Positions 39,701 through 57,700 of a DNA stretch of 64,000 nt are shown one piece after another. The notes under the pieces were generated by a model. The model saw only the letters and a program-made list of their open reading frames with translations. It made no database searches and was not told the origin of the DNA. The stretch comes from Eledone cirrhosa (taxonomy: Eukaryota). The translations under genes and the position numbers were made by a program. The DNA lies in assembly GCA_964016885.1 (NCBI GenBank), contig OZ024740.1, positions 16,802,001-16,866,000 on the forward strand, in the 5' to 3' direction. Within the stretch, counting starts at the first letter, position 1; each line of letters begins with the position of its first letter.

Positions 39701-42700
39701 ACAACAACAACAATCACCACAACTACAACCACCACCACAACAACCACCACCACAACAACCACCACCACAACAACAATCACCACAACTACAACCACCACCA
39801 CAACAACAATCACCACAACTACAACCACCACCACAACAACAACCACCACAACAACCACCACCACCACCACAACAACCACCACCACAACTACAACCACTAC
39901 AACAACAACCACCACCAAAACAACCACCACCACAACAACCACCACCATAACAACAACCACCACAACAACAACCACCACAACAACAATCACAACAACTACA
40001 ACCACCACCACAACAACCACCACCACAACAACCACCACCACCACAACAATCACCACAACTACAACCACCACCACAACAACCACCACCACATCAACCACCA
40101 CCACAACAACAACCACCACCAAAACAACCACGATCACAACAACTACCACCACAACAACAACCACCACCACAACAACAACCACCACCACAACAACAATCAC
40201 CACAATTACAACCACCACCACAACAACCACCACCACAACAACCACCACCACAACAACCACCACAACAACAACCACCACAACAACAACCACCACCAAAACA
40301 ACCACCACCACAACAACAACCACCACCACAACAACAACCACCACCACAACAATAACCACCACCACAACAATAACCAACACCACCACCACAACACCACCAC
40401 CACAACAACCAGCACAACAACAACCACCACCACAACACCCACCACAACAACAACCACCACCACAACAACAACCACCACAACAACAACCACCACCACAACA
40501 ACCACCACAACAACAACAACCACCACAACAACCACCACAACAACAACCACCACAACAACCACCACCACAACAACAACCACCACCACAAGCACCCCCACCA
40601 CCACAACAACAACCACCACCACAACAACCCCCACCACAACAACAACCCCACAACCACCCCCACCACCACCACAACACTCACCACCACAACAACAACCACC
40701 ACAACAACAACCACCACAACAACAACCACTACAACAACCACCACCACAACAACCACCATCACAACAACAACCACAACCACAACAACCACCACAACAACAA
40801 CCACCACCACAACAACCACCACCACAACAACAACAACCACCACCACAACAACCACCACCACAACAACAACAACCACCACTACAACAACCACCACCACAAC
40901 CACCACAACAACAACAACCACCACAACAACAAGCACCACTACAACAGCCAACACCACAACAACAACCACCACAACAACAACCACCACCACCACAACAACC
41001 ACTACGACAACAACCACCACCACCACCACAACAACCACCACCACAAAAACCACCACAACCACCCCCACCACCACAACAACAGCCACAACAACCACCATCA
41101 CAACAACCACCACCACAACAACCACCATCACAACAACCACCACCACAACAACAACCACCACCACAACAACCCCCATCACAACAACCACCATCACAACAAC
41201 CACCATCACAACAACCACCACCACAACTACAACCACCACCACAACAACCACAACCACAACAACAACCACCACCACAACAACCACTACCACATCAACAACC
41301 ACCACACCAACAACCACCACCACAACTACAACCACCACCACAACAAGCACCACCACAACAACAACCACCACCACAACAACCACCATCACAACAACCACCA
41401 CCACAACAACAACCACCACCACAACAACCACCACCACATCACAACCACCACAACAACAACCACTACCACAACCACCACCACAACATCCACCACCACAACA
41501 ACCATCACCACAACAACAACCACCACCACAACCACCACCACAACAACCACCACCACAACAAAAATCACCACAACTACAACCACCACCACAACAACAACCA
41601 CCACAACAACCACCACCACCACAACAACCACCATCACAACAACCACCACCACAACAACCACCACCACAACAACCACCACCACAACAACAACCACCACAAC
41701 AACAACCGCAACCACAACAACAACCACCACAACAACAACCACCACCACAACCACCATCACAACAACCACCACCACAACAACCACCACCACAACAACCACC
41801 ACCACAACAACAACCACCACAACAACAACCACCACCACAACAACAATCACCCCAACAACCACCACCACCACAACAACAACCACAACCACAACAACAATCA
41901 CCACAACTACAACCACCACCACAACAACAATCACCACAACTACAACCACCACCACAACAACAACCACCACAACAACCACCACCACCACAACAACCACCAC
42001 CACAACAACCACCACCACAACAACAACCACCACCACAACAACCACCACCTCAACAACAATCACCACAACTACAACCACCATCACAACAACCATCACCTCA
42101 ACTACAATCACTACAACTACCACCACAACAACCACCACCACCACAACAACAATCACCACAACTACAATCACCACCACAACAACCACCACCATAACAACAA
42201 TCACCACAACTACAATCACCACCACAACAACCACCACCATAACAACAATCACCACAACTACAATCACCACCACAACAACCACCACCATAACAATCATCAC
42301 CTCAACTACAATCACTACAACTACCACCACAACAACCACCACCACCACAACAACAATAACCACAACTACAATCACCACCACAACAACCACCACCATAACA
42401 ACAATCACCACAACTACAATCACCACCACAACAACCACCACCATAACAACAATCACCACAACAACAATCACCACAACTACAACCACTACAACAACAACCA
42501 CCACAACAACAACCACCACCACAACAACCACCACCACAACTACAATCACCACAACTACAACCACCACAACAACAATCACCACAACTACAACCACCATCCC
42601 AACAACCACCACCACAACAACCACCACCACAACAACCACCACCACAACAACAACCACCACAACAACCACCGCCACCACAACTACAACCACCACCACAACA

Positions 42701-45700
42701 ACCACCAGCACAACAACCACCACCATAACAACAATCACCACAACTTCAACCACTACAACAACAACCACCACAACAACAACCACCACCACAACAACAATCA
42801 CCACAACTACAACCACCACAACAACAACAATCACCACAACTACAACCACCACCACAACAACCACCACCACAACAACCACCACCACAACAACAATCACCAC
42901 AACTACAACCACCACCACAACAACAATCACCACAACTACAACCACCACCACAACAACAACCACCACAACAACCACCACCACCACAACAACCACCACCACA
43001 ACTACCACCACTACAACAACAACCACCACCACAACAACCACCACCACAACAACCACCACCATAACAACAACCACCACAACAACAACCACCACAACAACAA
43101 TCACAACAACTACAACCACCACCACAACAACCACCACCACAACAACCACCACCACCACAACAATCACCACAACTACAACCACCACCACAACAACCACCAC
43201 CACATCAACCACCACCACAACAACAACCACCACCAAAACAACCACCATCACAACAACTACCACCACAACAACAACCACCACCACAACAACAACCACCACC
43301 ACAACAACCACCACCACAACAACAATCACCACAATTACAACCACCACCACAACAACCACCACCACAACAACCACCACCACAACAACAATCACCACAACAA
43401 CCACCACCGCAACAACAACCACCACAACAACCACCACCACATCACAACCACCACAACAACAACCACCACCACAACCACCACCACAACAACCACCACCACA
43501 ACAACCATCACAACAACAACAACCACCACCACAACCGCCACCACAACAACCACCACCACAACAACCACCACCACCACAACAACCACCACCACAACAACAA
43601 CCACCACCACAACCACCACCACAAGGACCACCACCAAAACAACAACCACCACAACAACAACCACCACAACAACCACCACCACCACAACAATCACCACCAC
43701 AACAACCACCACCACCACAACAACCACCACCACAACAACAACCACCACCACAACCACCACCACAACAACCACCACCACAACAACCACCACCACAACAACA
43801 ACAACAACCACCACAACAACAACCACCACAACAACAACCACCACAACAACAACCACCACGACAACAACCACCACCACAACTACAACCACCATCACAAAAA
43901 CCACCACCACAACAACAACCACCACAACTACAACCACCTCCACAACAACAACCACCACAACAACCACCACCACCACAACAACCACCACCACAACCACCAC
44001 CACAACAACAACAACCACCACAACAACAACCACCACAACAACAACCACCACAACAACAATCACCACAACTACAACCACTACAACAACAATCACCACAACA
44101 ACAACCACCACCACAACAACCACAACCACAGCAACCACCACCACAACAACCACCCCCATAACAACAACCACCACAACAACAACCACCACAACAACCACCA
44201 CCACCACAACAACTCTACAACGACAATCGCCACAACTACAACCACCACCACAACAACCAACACCACAACAACCACCACCACAACAACCACCACCACAACA
44301 ACAACCACCACATCAACCACCACCACCACAACTACAACCACCACCACAACAACCACCACCACAACAACCACCACCATAACAACAATCACCACAACTACAA
44401 CCACCACAACATCAACCACCACCAAAACAACCACCACCACAACAGCAATCACCACAACTACAACCACCACAACAACAACAATCACAACAACTACAACCAC
44501 CACCACAACAGCAATCACCACAACTACAACCACCACAACAACAACAATCACAACAACTACAACCACCACCACAACAACCACCACCACAATAACCACCACC
44601 ACAACAACAATCACCACAACTACAACCAGCACCACAACTACAACCACCACCACAACAACAACCACCACCACAACAACAATCACCACAACTACAACCACCA
44701 CCACATGAACCACCTCAACAACTACAACCACTACAACAACAACCACCACAACAACAACCACCACCACAACAACCACTACCACAACAACCACCACCACAAC
44801 AACAATCACCACAACTACAACCTCCACCACAACTACAACCACTACAACAACAACAACCACCACCACCACAACCACCACCACAACAACAACCACCACCACA
44901 ACAACAACTACCACCACAACAACAACAACCAATACAACAACCACCACCACAACAACCACCACCACAACAACAACCACCACAACAACAACCACCACCACAA
45001 CAACCACCACAACAACAACCACCACAACAGCAACCACCACCACAACAACCACCACCACAACAACCACCACCACAACAACCACCACCACAACAACAACCAC
45101 CACAACAACAACCACCACAACAAAAACCACCACAACAACAACCACCACAACAACAACCACCAAGACAACCACCACCACAACAACCACCACCAAAACAACA
45201 ATCACCACTACTACAACCACCACCACAACTACAACCACCACCACAACAACAACCACCACCACAACAACCACCACAACAACAATCAACAAAACTACAACCA
45301 CCACCACAACAACCACCACCACAACAACCACCACCACAACAACCACCACAACAACAATCACCACAACTACAACCACCACCACAACAACCACCACCACAAC
45401 AACCACCACCACAACAACCGACACCACAACAACCACCACCACAACAACCACCACCACATCAACAACCACCACAACAACAACCACCACCACAATTACAACC
45501 ACAACCACAACAAACACTACCACAACAACAACCACCACCACAACAACCACCATCACAACAACCACCACCACAACAACAACCACCACCACAACAACAACCA
45601 CCACCCCAACAACCACCACCACAACAACAATCACAACAACTACAACCACCACAACAACAACAATCACCACACTACAACCACTACCACAACAACCACCACC

Positions 45701-48700
45701 ACAAAAACAACCACCACCACAACAACCACCACCACCACAAAAACCACCACCACAACAACAACCACCACCACAACCACCACCACAACAACCACCACCACCA
45801 CAACCACCACCACAACAACAACAACCACCACAACAACAACCACCACAACAACAACCACCACAACAACACCCACCACCACAACTACAACCACCACCACAAC
45901 AACCACCACCACAACAACAACCACCACCAAAACAACCACCATCACAACAACCACCACAACAACAACAACCACCACCACAACAACAACCACCACCACAACC
46001 ACCACCACAACAACCACCACCACAACAACCTCCACCACAACAACAACAACAACCACCACATCAACAACCACCACAACAACAACAACCACAACAACAACCA
46101 CCACAACAACAACCACCACCACAACTACAACCACCATCACAAAAACCACCACCACAACAACAACCACCACAACTACAACCACCACCACAACAACAACCAC
46201 CACAACAACCACCACCACCACAACAACCACCACAACAACCACCACCACAACAACCAGCACCATAACAACAATCACCACAACTACAACCACTACAACAACA
46301 ATCACCACAACTACAACCACTACAACAACAATCACCACAACAACAACCAATACCACAACAACCACCACCACAACAACCACCACCACAACAACCACCACCA
46401 CAACAACCACCACCATAACAACAACCACCACAACAACAACCACCACAACAACCACCACCACCACAACAACTCTACAACGACAATCGCCACAACTACAACC
46501 ACCACCACAACAACAACCACCACAACAACCACCACCACCACAACTACAACCACCACCACAACAACCACCACCACAACAACCACCACCATAACAACAATCA
46601 CCACAACTACAACCACCACAACATCAACCACCACCAAAACAACCACCACCACTACAGCAATCACCACAACTACAACCACCACAACAACAACAATCACAAC
46701 AACTACAACCACCACCACAACAACCACCACAACTACAACCAGCACCACAACTACAACCACCACCACAACAACAATCACCACAACTACAACCACCACCACA
46801 TCAACCACCTCCACAACTACAACCACCACCACAACAACAACCACCACCACAACAACAATCACCACAACTACAACCACCACCACATCAACCACCTCCACAA
46901 CTACAACCACCACAACATGAACCACCACCACAACAACCACATCCACAACAGCAATCACCACACCTACAACCACCACAACAACAACAATCACAACAACTAC
47001 AACCACCACCACAACAACCACTACCACAACAACCACCACCACAACAACAATCACCACAACTACAACCTCCACCACAACTACAACCACCACAACAACAACA
47101 ACCACCACCACCACAACCACCACCACAACAACAACCACCACCACAACAACAACTACCACCACAACAACAACAACCACCACAACAACCACCACCACAACAA
47201 CCACCACCACAACAACAACCACCACAACAACAACCACCACCACAACAACCACCACAACAACAACCACCACAACAACAACCACCACCACAACAACCACCAC
47301 CACAACAACCACCACCACAACAACCACCACCACAACAACAACCACCACAACAACAACCACCACAACAACAACAATCACCACACTACAACCACTACCACAA
47401 CAACCACCACCACAAAAACAACCACCACCACAACAACCACCACCACCACAAAAACCACCACCACAACAACAACCACCACCACAACCACCACCACAACAAC
47501 CACCACCACCACAACCACCACCACAACAACAACAACCACCACAACAACAACCACCACAACAACAACCACCACAACAACACCCACCACCACAACTACAACC
47601 ACCATCACAACAACCACCACCACAACAACAACCACCACAACAACCACCACCACCACAACAACAACCACCACCACAACAACAATCACCACAACAACCACCA
47701 CCACAACAACAACCACCACCATAACAACAACCACCACCACAACTACAACCACCACCACAACAACCACCACCACAACAACAACCACCACCAAAACAACCAC
47801 CATCACAACAACCACCACAACAACAACAACCACCACCACAACAACAACCACCACCACAACAACCACCACCACAACAACAATCACCACAACTACAACCACC
47901 ACAACAACAACAATCACCACGACTACAACCACCACCACAACAACCACCACCACAACAACCACCACCACAACAACAATCACCACGACTACAACCACCACCA
48001 CAACTACAACCACCACAACAACCACCACCACAACAACAACCACCACCACAACCACCACCACAACAACCACCACCACAACAACCATCACCACAACAACAAC
48101 CACCACCACAACCACCACCACAACAACCACACCACAACAACCACCACCAAAACAACAACAACCACCACAACAACAACCACCACAACAACCACCACCTCCA
48201 CAACCACCACCACAACAACAACCACCACCACAACAACCACCACAACAACAACAATCACCACAACTACAACCACCACCACAACAACAATCACCACAACTAC
48301 AACCACCACCACAACAACAACCACCACAACAACCACCACCACCACAACAACCACGATCACAACAACCACCACCACAACAACCACCACCACCACAACAACC
48401 ACCACCACAACAACAACCACCACAAAAACAACCACCACAACAACCACCACCACCACAACAACCACCACCACAACAACCACCACCACCACAACAACCACCA
48501 CCACAACAACAACCACCACCACAACCACCACCACAAGGACCACCACCAAAACAACAACCACCACAACAACAACCACCACAACAACCACCACCACCACAAC
48601 AACCACCACCACAACAACCACCACCACCACAACAACCACCACCACAACACAACCACCACCACAACCACCACCACAACAACCACCACCACAACAACCTCCA

Positions 48701-51700
48701 CCACAACAACAACAACAACCACCACAACAACAACCACCACAACAACAACAACCACAACAACAACCACCACAACAACAACCACCACCACAACTACAACCAC
48801 CATCACAAAAACCACCACCACAACAACAACCACCACAACTACAACCACCACCACAACAACAACCACCACAACAACCACCACCACCACAACAACCACCACC
48901 ACAACAACCACCACCACAACAACCAGCACCATAACAACAATCACCACAACTACAACCACTACAACAACAATCACCACAACTACAACCACTACAACAACAA
49001 TCGCCACAACAACAACCAATACCACAACAACCACCACCACAACAACCACCACCACAACAACCACCACCACAACAACCACCACCATAACAACAACCACCAC
49101 AACAACAACCACCACAACAACCACCACCACCACAACAACTCTACAACGACAATCGCCACAACTACAACCACCACCACAACAACCAACACCACAACAACCA
49201 CCACAACAACCACCACCACAACAACAACCACCACAACAACCACCACCACCACAACTACAACCACCACCACAACAACCACCACCACAACAACCACCACCAT
49301 AACAACAATCACCACAACTACAACCACCACAACATCAACCACCACCAAAACAACCACCACCACAACAGCAATCACCACAACTACAACCACCACAACAACA
49401 ACAATCACAACAACTACAACCACCACCACAACAACCACCACAACTACAACCAGCAACACAACTACAACCACCACCACAACAACAACCACCACCACAACAA
49501 CAATCACCACAACTACAACCACCACCACATCAACCACCTCCATAACTACAACCACCACCACAACAACAACCACCACCACAACAACAAACACCACAACTAC
49601 AACCACCACCACATCAACCACCTCCACAACTACAACCACCACAACATGAACCACCACCACAACAACCACCACCACAACAGCAATCACCACAACTACAACC
49701 ACCACAACAACAACAATCACAACAACTACAACCACCACCACAACAACCACTACCACAACAACCACCACCACAACAACAATCACCACAACTACAACCTCCA
49801 CCACAACTACAACCACCACAACAACAACAACCACCACCACCACAACCACCACCACAACAACAACCACCACCACAACAACAACTACCACCACAACAACAAC
49901 AACCACCACAACAACCACCACCACAACAACCACCACCACAACAACAACCACCACAACAACAACCACCACCACAACAACCACCACAACAACAACCACCACA
50001 ACAACAACCACCACCACAACAACCACCACCACAACAACCACCACCACAACAACCACCACCACAACAACAACCACCACAACAACAACCACCACAACAAAAA
50101 CCACCACAACAACAACCACCACAACAACAACCACCACTAAAACAACCACCACCACAACAACCACCACCACAACAACAATCACCACAACTACAACCACCAC
50201 CACAACTACAACCACCACCACAACGACAACCACCACCACAACAACCACCACCGCAACAACCACCACCACAACAACCACCACAACAACAATCACCACAACT
50301 ACAACCTCCACCACAACAACCACCACCACAACAACCACCACCACAACAACCGACACCACAACAACCACCAACACAACAACCACCACCACATCAACAACCA
50401 CCACAACAACAACCACCACCATAATTACAACCACCACCACAACAACCACCACCACAACAACAACCACCACCACAACAACCACCATCACAACAACCACCAC
50501 CACAACAACAACCACCACCACAACAACAACAACCACCCCAACAACCACCACCACAACAACAATCACAACAACTACAACCACCACAACAACAACAATCACC
50601 ACACTACAACCACCACCACAACAACCACCACCACAAAAACGACCACCACCACAACAACCACCACCACCACAAAAACCACCACCACAACAACAACCACCAC
50701 CACAACCACCACCACAACAACCACCACCACCACAACCACCACAACAACAACCACCACAACAACAACCACCACAACAACAACCACCACCACAACTACAACC
50801 ACCATCACAACAACCACCACCACAACAACAACCACCACAACAACCACCACCAACACAACAACAACCACCACCACAACAACAATCACCACAACAACCACCA
50901 CCACAACAACAACCACCACCATAACAACAACCACCACCACAACTACAACCACCGCCACAACAACCACCACCACAACAACAACCACCACCAAAACAACCAC
51001 CATCACAACAACCACCACCACAACAACAACCACCACCACAACAACAACCACCACCACAACAACCACCACCACAACAACAATCACCACAACTACAACCACC
51101 ACAACAACAACAATCACCACAACTACAACCACCACCACAACAACCACCACCACAACAACCACCACCACAAAAACAATCACCACGACAACAACCACCACAA
51201 CAACTACTACCACCACAACAACAACCACCACAACAACAACCACCACAACAACCGCCACCACATCACAACCACCACAACAACAACCACCACCACAACCACC
51301 ACCACAACAACCACCACCACAACAACCATCACCACAACAACAACCACCACCACAACCACCACCACAACAACCACACCACAACAACTACCACCAAAACAAC
51401 AACAACCACCACAACAACAACCACCACAACAACAACCACCACCACCACAACCACCACCACAACAACAACCACCACCACAACAACCACCACAACAACAACA
51501 ATCACCACAACTACAACCACCACAACAACCACCACCACCACAACAACCACGATCACAACAACCACCACCACAACAACCACCACCACCACAACAACCACCA
51601 CCAAAACAACAACCACCACAACAACAACCACCACAACAACCACCACCACCACAACAACCACCACCACAACAACCACCACCACCACAACAACCACCACCAC

Positions 51701-54700
51701 AACAACAACCACCACCACAACCACCACCACAACAACCACCACCACAACAACCACCACCACAACAACAACAACAACCACCACAACAACAACCACCACAACA
51801 ACAACCCCCACAACAACAACCACCACAACAACAACCACCACAACAACAACCACCACCACAACTACAACCACCATCACAAAAACCACCACCACACCAACAA
51901 CCACCACAACTACAACCACCACCACAACAACAACCACCACAACAACCACCACCACCACAACAACCACCACCACAACAACCACCACAACAACAACCACCAT
52001 AACAACAATCACCACAACTACAACCACTACAAGAACAATCACCACAACTACAACCACTACAACAACAACCACCACAACAACAACCACCACCACAACACCC
52101 ACCACCACAACTACAATCACCACAACAACACCACCACAACAACCACCACCACCACAACAACCACCACCACAACAACCACCACCACAACAACCACCACCAC
52201 AACAACAACCACCACAACAACCACCACCACCACAACTACAACCACCACCACAACAACCCCCACCACAACAACCACCACCATAACAACAACCACCACCACA
52301 ACAACCACCACAACAACAACCACCACCACAACTACAATCACCACAACCACCAATACAACAACAATCACCACAACTACAACCACCACAACAACAACAATCA
52401 CCACAACTACAACCACCACCACAACAACCACCACCACAACAACCACCACCACAACAACAATCACCACGACAACAACCACCACAACAACTACAACCACCAC
52501 AACAACAACCACCACAACAACAACCACCACAACAACCACCACCACATCACAACCACCACAACAACAACCACCACCACAACCACCACCACAACAACCACCA
52601 CCACAACAACCATCACCACAACTACAACCACCACCACAACCACCACCACAACAACCACACCACAACAACCACCACCAAAACAACAACAACCACCACAACA
52701 ACAACCACCACAACAACAACCACCACCACCACAACCACCACCACAACAACAACCACCACCACAACAACCACCACAACAACAACAATCACCACAACTACAA
52801 CCACCACCACAACAACAATCACCACAACTACAACCACCACCACAACAACAACCACCACAACAACCACCACCACCACAACAACCACGATCACAACAACCAC
52901 CACCACAACACCACCACAACCACAACAACCACCACCAAAACAACAACCACCACAACAACAACCACCACAACAACCACCACCACCACAACAACCACCACCA
53001 CAACAACCACAACCACCACAACAACCACCACCACAACAACAACCACCACCACAACCACCACCACAACAACCACCACCACAACAACCACCACCACAACAAC
53101 AACAACAACCACCACAACAACGACCACCACAACAACAACCCCCACAACAACAACCACCACAACAACAACCACCACAATAACAACCACCACCACAACTACA
53201 ACCACCATCACAAAAACCACCACCACACCAACAACCACCACAACTACAACCACCACCACAACAACAACCACCACAACAACCACCACCACCACAACAACCA
53301 CCACCACAACAACCACCACAACAACAACCACCATAACAACAATCACCACAACTACAACCACTACAAGAACAATCACCACAACTACAACCACTACAACAAC
53401 AACCACCACAACAACAACCACCACCACAACAACCACCACCACAACTACAATCACCACAACAACACCACCACAACAACCACCACCACCACAACAACCACCA
53501 CCACAACAACCACCACCACAACAACCACCACCACAACAACAACCACCACAACAACCACCACCACCACAACTACAACCACCACCACAACAACCCCCACCAC
53601 AACAACCACCACCATAACAACAATCACCACAACTCCAACCACTACAACAACTACCACCACAACAACAACCACCACCACAACAACCACCACCACAACAACA
53701 ATCACCACAACTACAACCACCACAATAACAACAATCACCACAACTACAACCACCACCGCAACAACCACCACCACAACAACCACCACCACAACAACAACCA
53801 CCACAACAACAACCACGACAACAACCACCACCACCACAACAACCACAACAACAACAATCACCACATCTACAACCACCACCACAAAAACCAACACCACAAC
53901 AACCACCACCACAACAACCACCACCACAACAACAACCACCACAACAACCACCACCACCACAACTACAACCACCACCACAACAACCACCACCACAACAACC
54001 ACCACCATAACAACAATCACCACAACTACAACAACCACCACAACATCAACCGCCACCACAACAACCACCACCACAACAACAATCACCACAACTACAACCA
54101 CCACAACAACAACAATCACCACAACTACAACCACCACCACAACAACCACCACCACAACAACCACCACCACAACAACAATCACCACAACTACAACCAGCAC
54201 CACAACTACAACCACCACCACAACAACAACCACCACCACAACAACAATCACCACAACTACAACCACCACCACAATAACCACCTCCACAATTACAACCACT
54301 ACAACAACAACCACCACAACAACAACCACCACCACAACGACAACCACTACCACAACAACCACCACCACAACAACAACCACCACAACTACAACCACCACCA
54401 CAACTACAAGCACCACCACAATAACAACCAACACCACCACAACCACCACCACAACAACCATCACCACAACAACCACCACCACAACAACAACCACCACAAC
54501 TACAACCACCACCACAACTATCACCACCACAACTACATTCACCACAACTACAACCCCCACCACAACTACAACCACCACCACAACAACAACCACCACCACA
54601 ACAACCACCACCACAACAATCACCACAACTACAACCACCACCACAACAACCACCACCACAACAACAATCACCACAACTACAACCACCACAACTACAACCA

Positions 54701-57700
54701 CCACCACAACAACAACCACCACCACAACAACAATCACCACAACTACAACCACCACCACAACAACCACCACCACAACAACCACCACCACAACAACCACCAC
54801 CACAACAACAACCAGCACAACAACAACCACCCCAACAACAACCACCATAAAAACAACCACCACCACAACAACCACCACCACAACAACCACCACCACAACA
54901 ACCACCACCACAACAAAAACCACCACAACAACAACCACCACAACAACAACCACCACAACAACAACCACCACCACAACAACCACCACCACAACAACCACCA
55001 CAACAACAATCACTACAACTACAACCACCACCACAACTACAACCACCGCCACAACAACAACCACCACGACAACAACCACCACAACAACAATCACCACAAC
55101 TACAACCACCACCACAACAACCACCACCACAACAACCACCACCACAACAACCACCACAACAACAATCACCACAGCTACAACCACCACCACAACAACCACC
55201 ACCACAACAACCACATCCACAACAACCACCACCACAACAACCACCACCACAACAACAACCACCACAACTACAACCACCACCACAACAACCACCACCACAA
55301 CAACCCCCACCACAACAACCACCACCACAACAACCACCACCACAACAACAACCACCACAACTACAACCACCACCACAACAACCACCACCACAACAACCAC
55401 CACAACAACAACCACCACCACAACGACAATCACCACAACCACCACCCCAACAACAATCACCACAACTACAACCACTACAACAACAACCACCACAACAACA
55501 ATCAACACAACTACAACCACCACCACAACAACCACCACCACAACAACAATCACCACAACTACAACCACCACAACTACAACCACCACCACAACAACAACCA
55601 CCACCACAACAACAATGACCACAACTACAACCACCACCACAACAACCACCACCACAACAACCACCACCACAACAACAATCACCACAACAACAATCACCAC
55701 AACTACAACCACCACCACAACTACAACCACCACCACAACAACAACCACCACCACAATAACCACCACCACAACAACCACCACCACAATAACAATCACCACA
55801 ACTACAACCACCACCACAACAACCACCACCAGAACAACCACCACCAAAACAACAATCACCACAACTACAACCACCACCACAACAACCACCACCAGAACAA
55901 CCACCACCAAAACAACAATCACCACAACTACAACCACCACCACAACAACAACCACCACCACAACAACAATCACCACAACTACAACCACCACCACAACAAC
56001 CACCTCCACAACTACAACCACTACAACAACAACCACCACAACAACAACCACCACCACAACAACAATCACCACAACTACAACCACCACCACAACCACCACC
56101 ACAACAACCACTACCACAACAACAATCACCACAACTACAACCACCACCACAACTACAACCACCACCACAATAACAACCACCACCACAACAACCAACACCA
56201 CAACAACAATCACCACAACTACAACCACCACCACAACTACAACAACCACCACAACAACAACCACCACCACAAAAACCACCACCACAACAACCACCACCAC
56301 AACAACCACCACCACAACAACAACCACCACAACAACAACCACCACAACAACAACCACAACAACAACAACCACCACTACAAAAACCATCACAACAACAACC
56401 ACCACCACAACAACAACCACCACTACAACCACCACCACAACAACAATCCCCACAACTACAACCACCACCACAACAACCACCACAACAACAATCACCACAA
56501 CTACAACCACCACCACAACTACAACCACCACCACAACAACCACCACAACTACAACCACCACCACAACAACCACCACAACTACAACCACCACCACAACAAC
56601 AACCACCACCACAACAACCACCACCACAACAACCACCACCACAACAACAATCACCACAACTACAACCACCACCACAACAACCACCACCACAACAACCACC
56701 ACAACAACAACCACCACCACAACTACAATCACCACAACCACCAATACAACAACAATCACCACAACTACAACCACTACAACAACAACCACCACCACAACAA
56801 TCACCACAACTACAACCACCACCACAACAACCACCACCACAACAACAATCACCACAACTACAACCACCACATCTACAACCACCACCACAACAACAACCAC
56901 CACCACAACAACAATCACCGCAACTACAACCACCACCACAACAACCACCACCACAACAACCACCACCACAACAACAATCACCACAACTACAACCACCACC
57001 ACAACCACCACCACAACAACCACCACCACAACAACAATCACCACAACTACAACCACCACCACAACTACAACCACCACCACAATAACAACCACCACCACAA
57101 CAACCACCACCACAACAACAATCACCACAACTACAGCCACCACCACAACAACCACTACCACAACAACCACCACCACAACAACAATCACCACACCTACAAC
57201 CACCACCACAACTACAACCACCAGCACAACAACAACCACCACCACAACAAAAATCACCACAACTACAACCACCACCACAACAACCACCTCCACATCTACA
57301 ACCACTACAACAACAACCACCACAACAACAACCACCACCACAACAACCACCACCACAACAACCACCACCACAACAACCACCACCACAACAACAACCTCCA
57401 CAACAACAACCACAACAACAACAACCCCCACTACAAAAACCACCACAACAACAACCACCACCACATCAACAACCACCACTACAACCACCACCACAACAAC
57501 AATCCCCACAACTACAACCACCACCACAACTACAACCACCACCACAACAGCAACCACCACCACAACAACCACCACAACAACAATCACCACAACTACAACC
57601 ACCACCACAACAACCACCACCACAACAACCACCACCACAACAACCACCACAACAACAATCGCCACAACTACAACCACCACCACAACAACCACCACCACAA

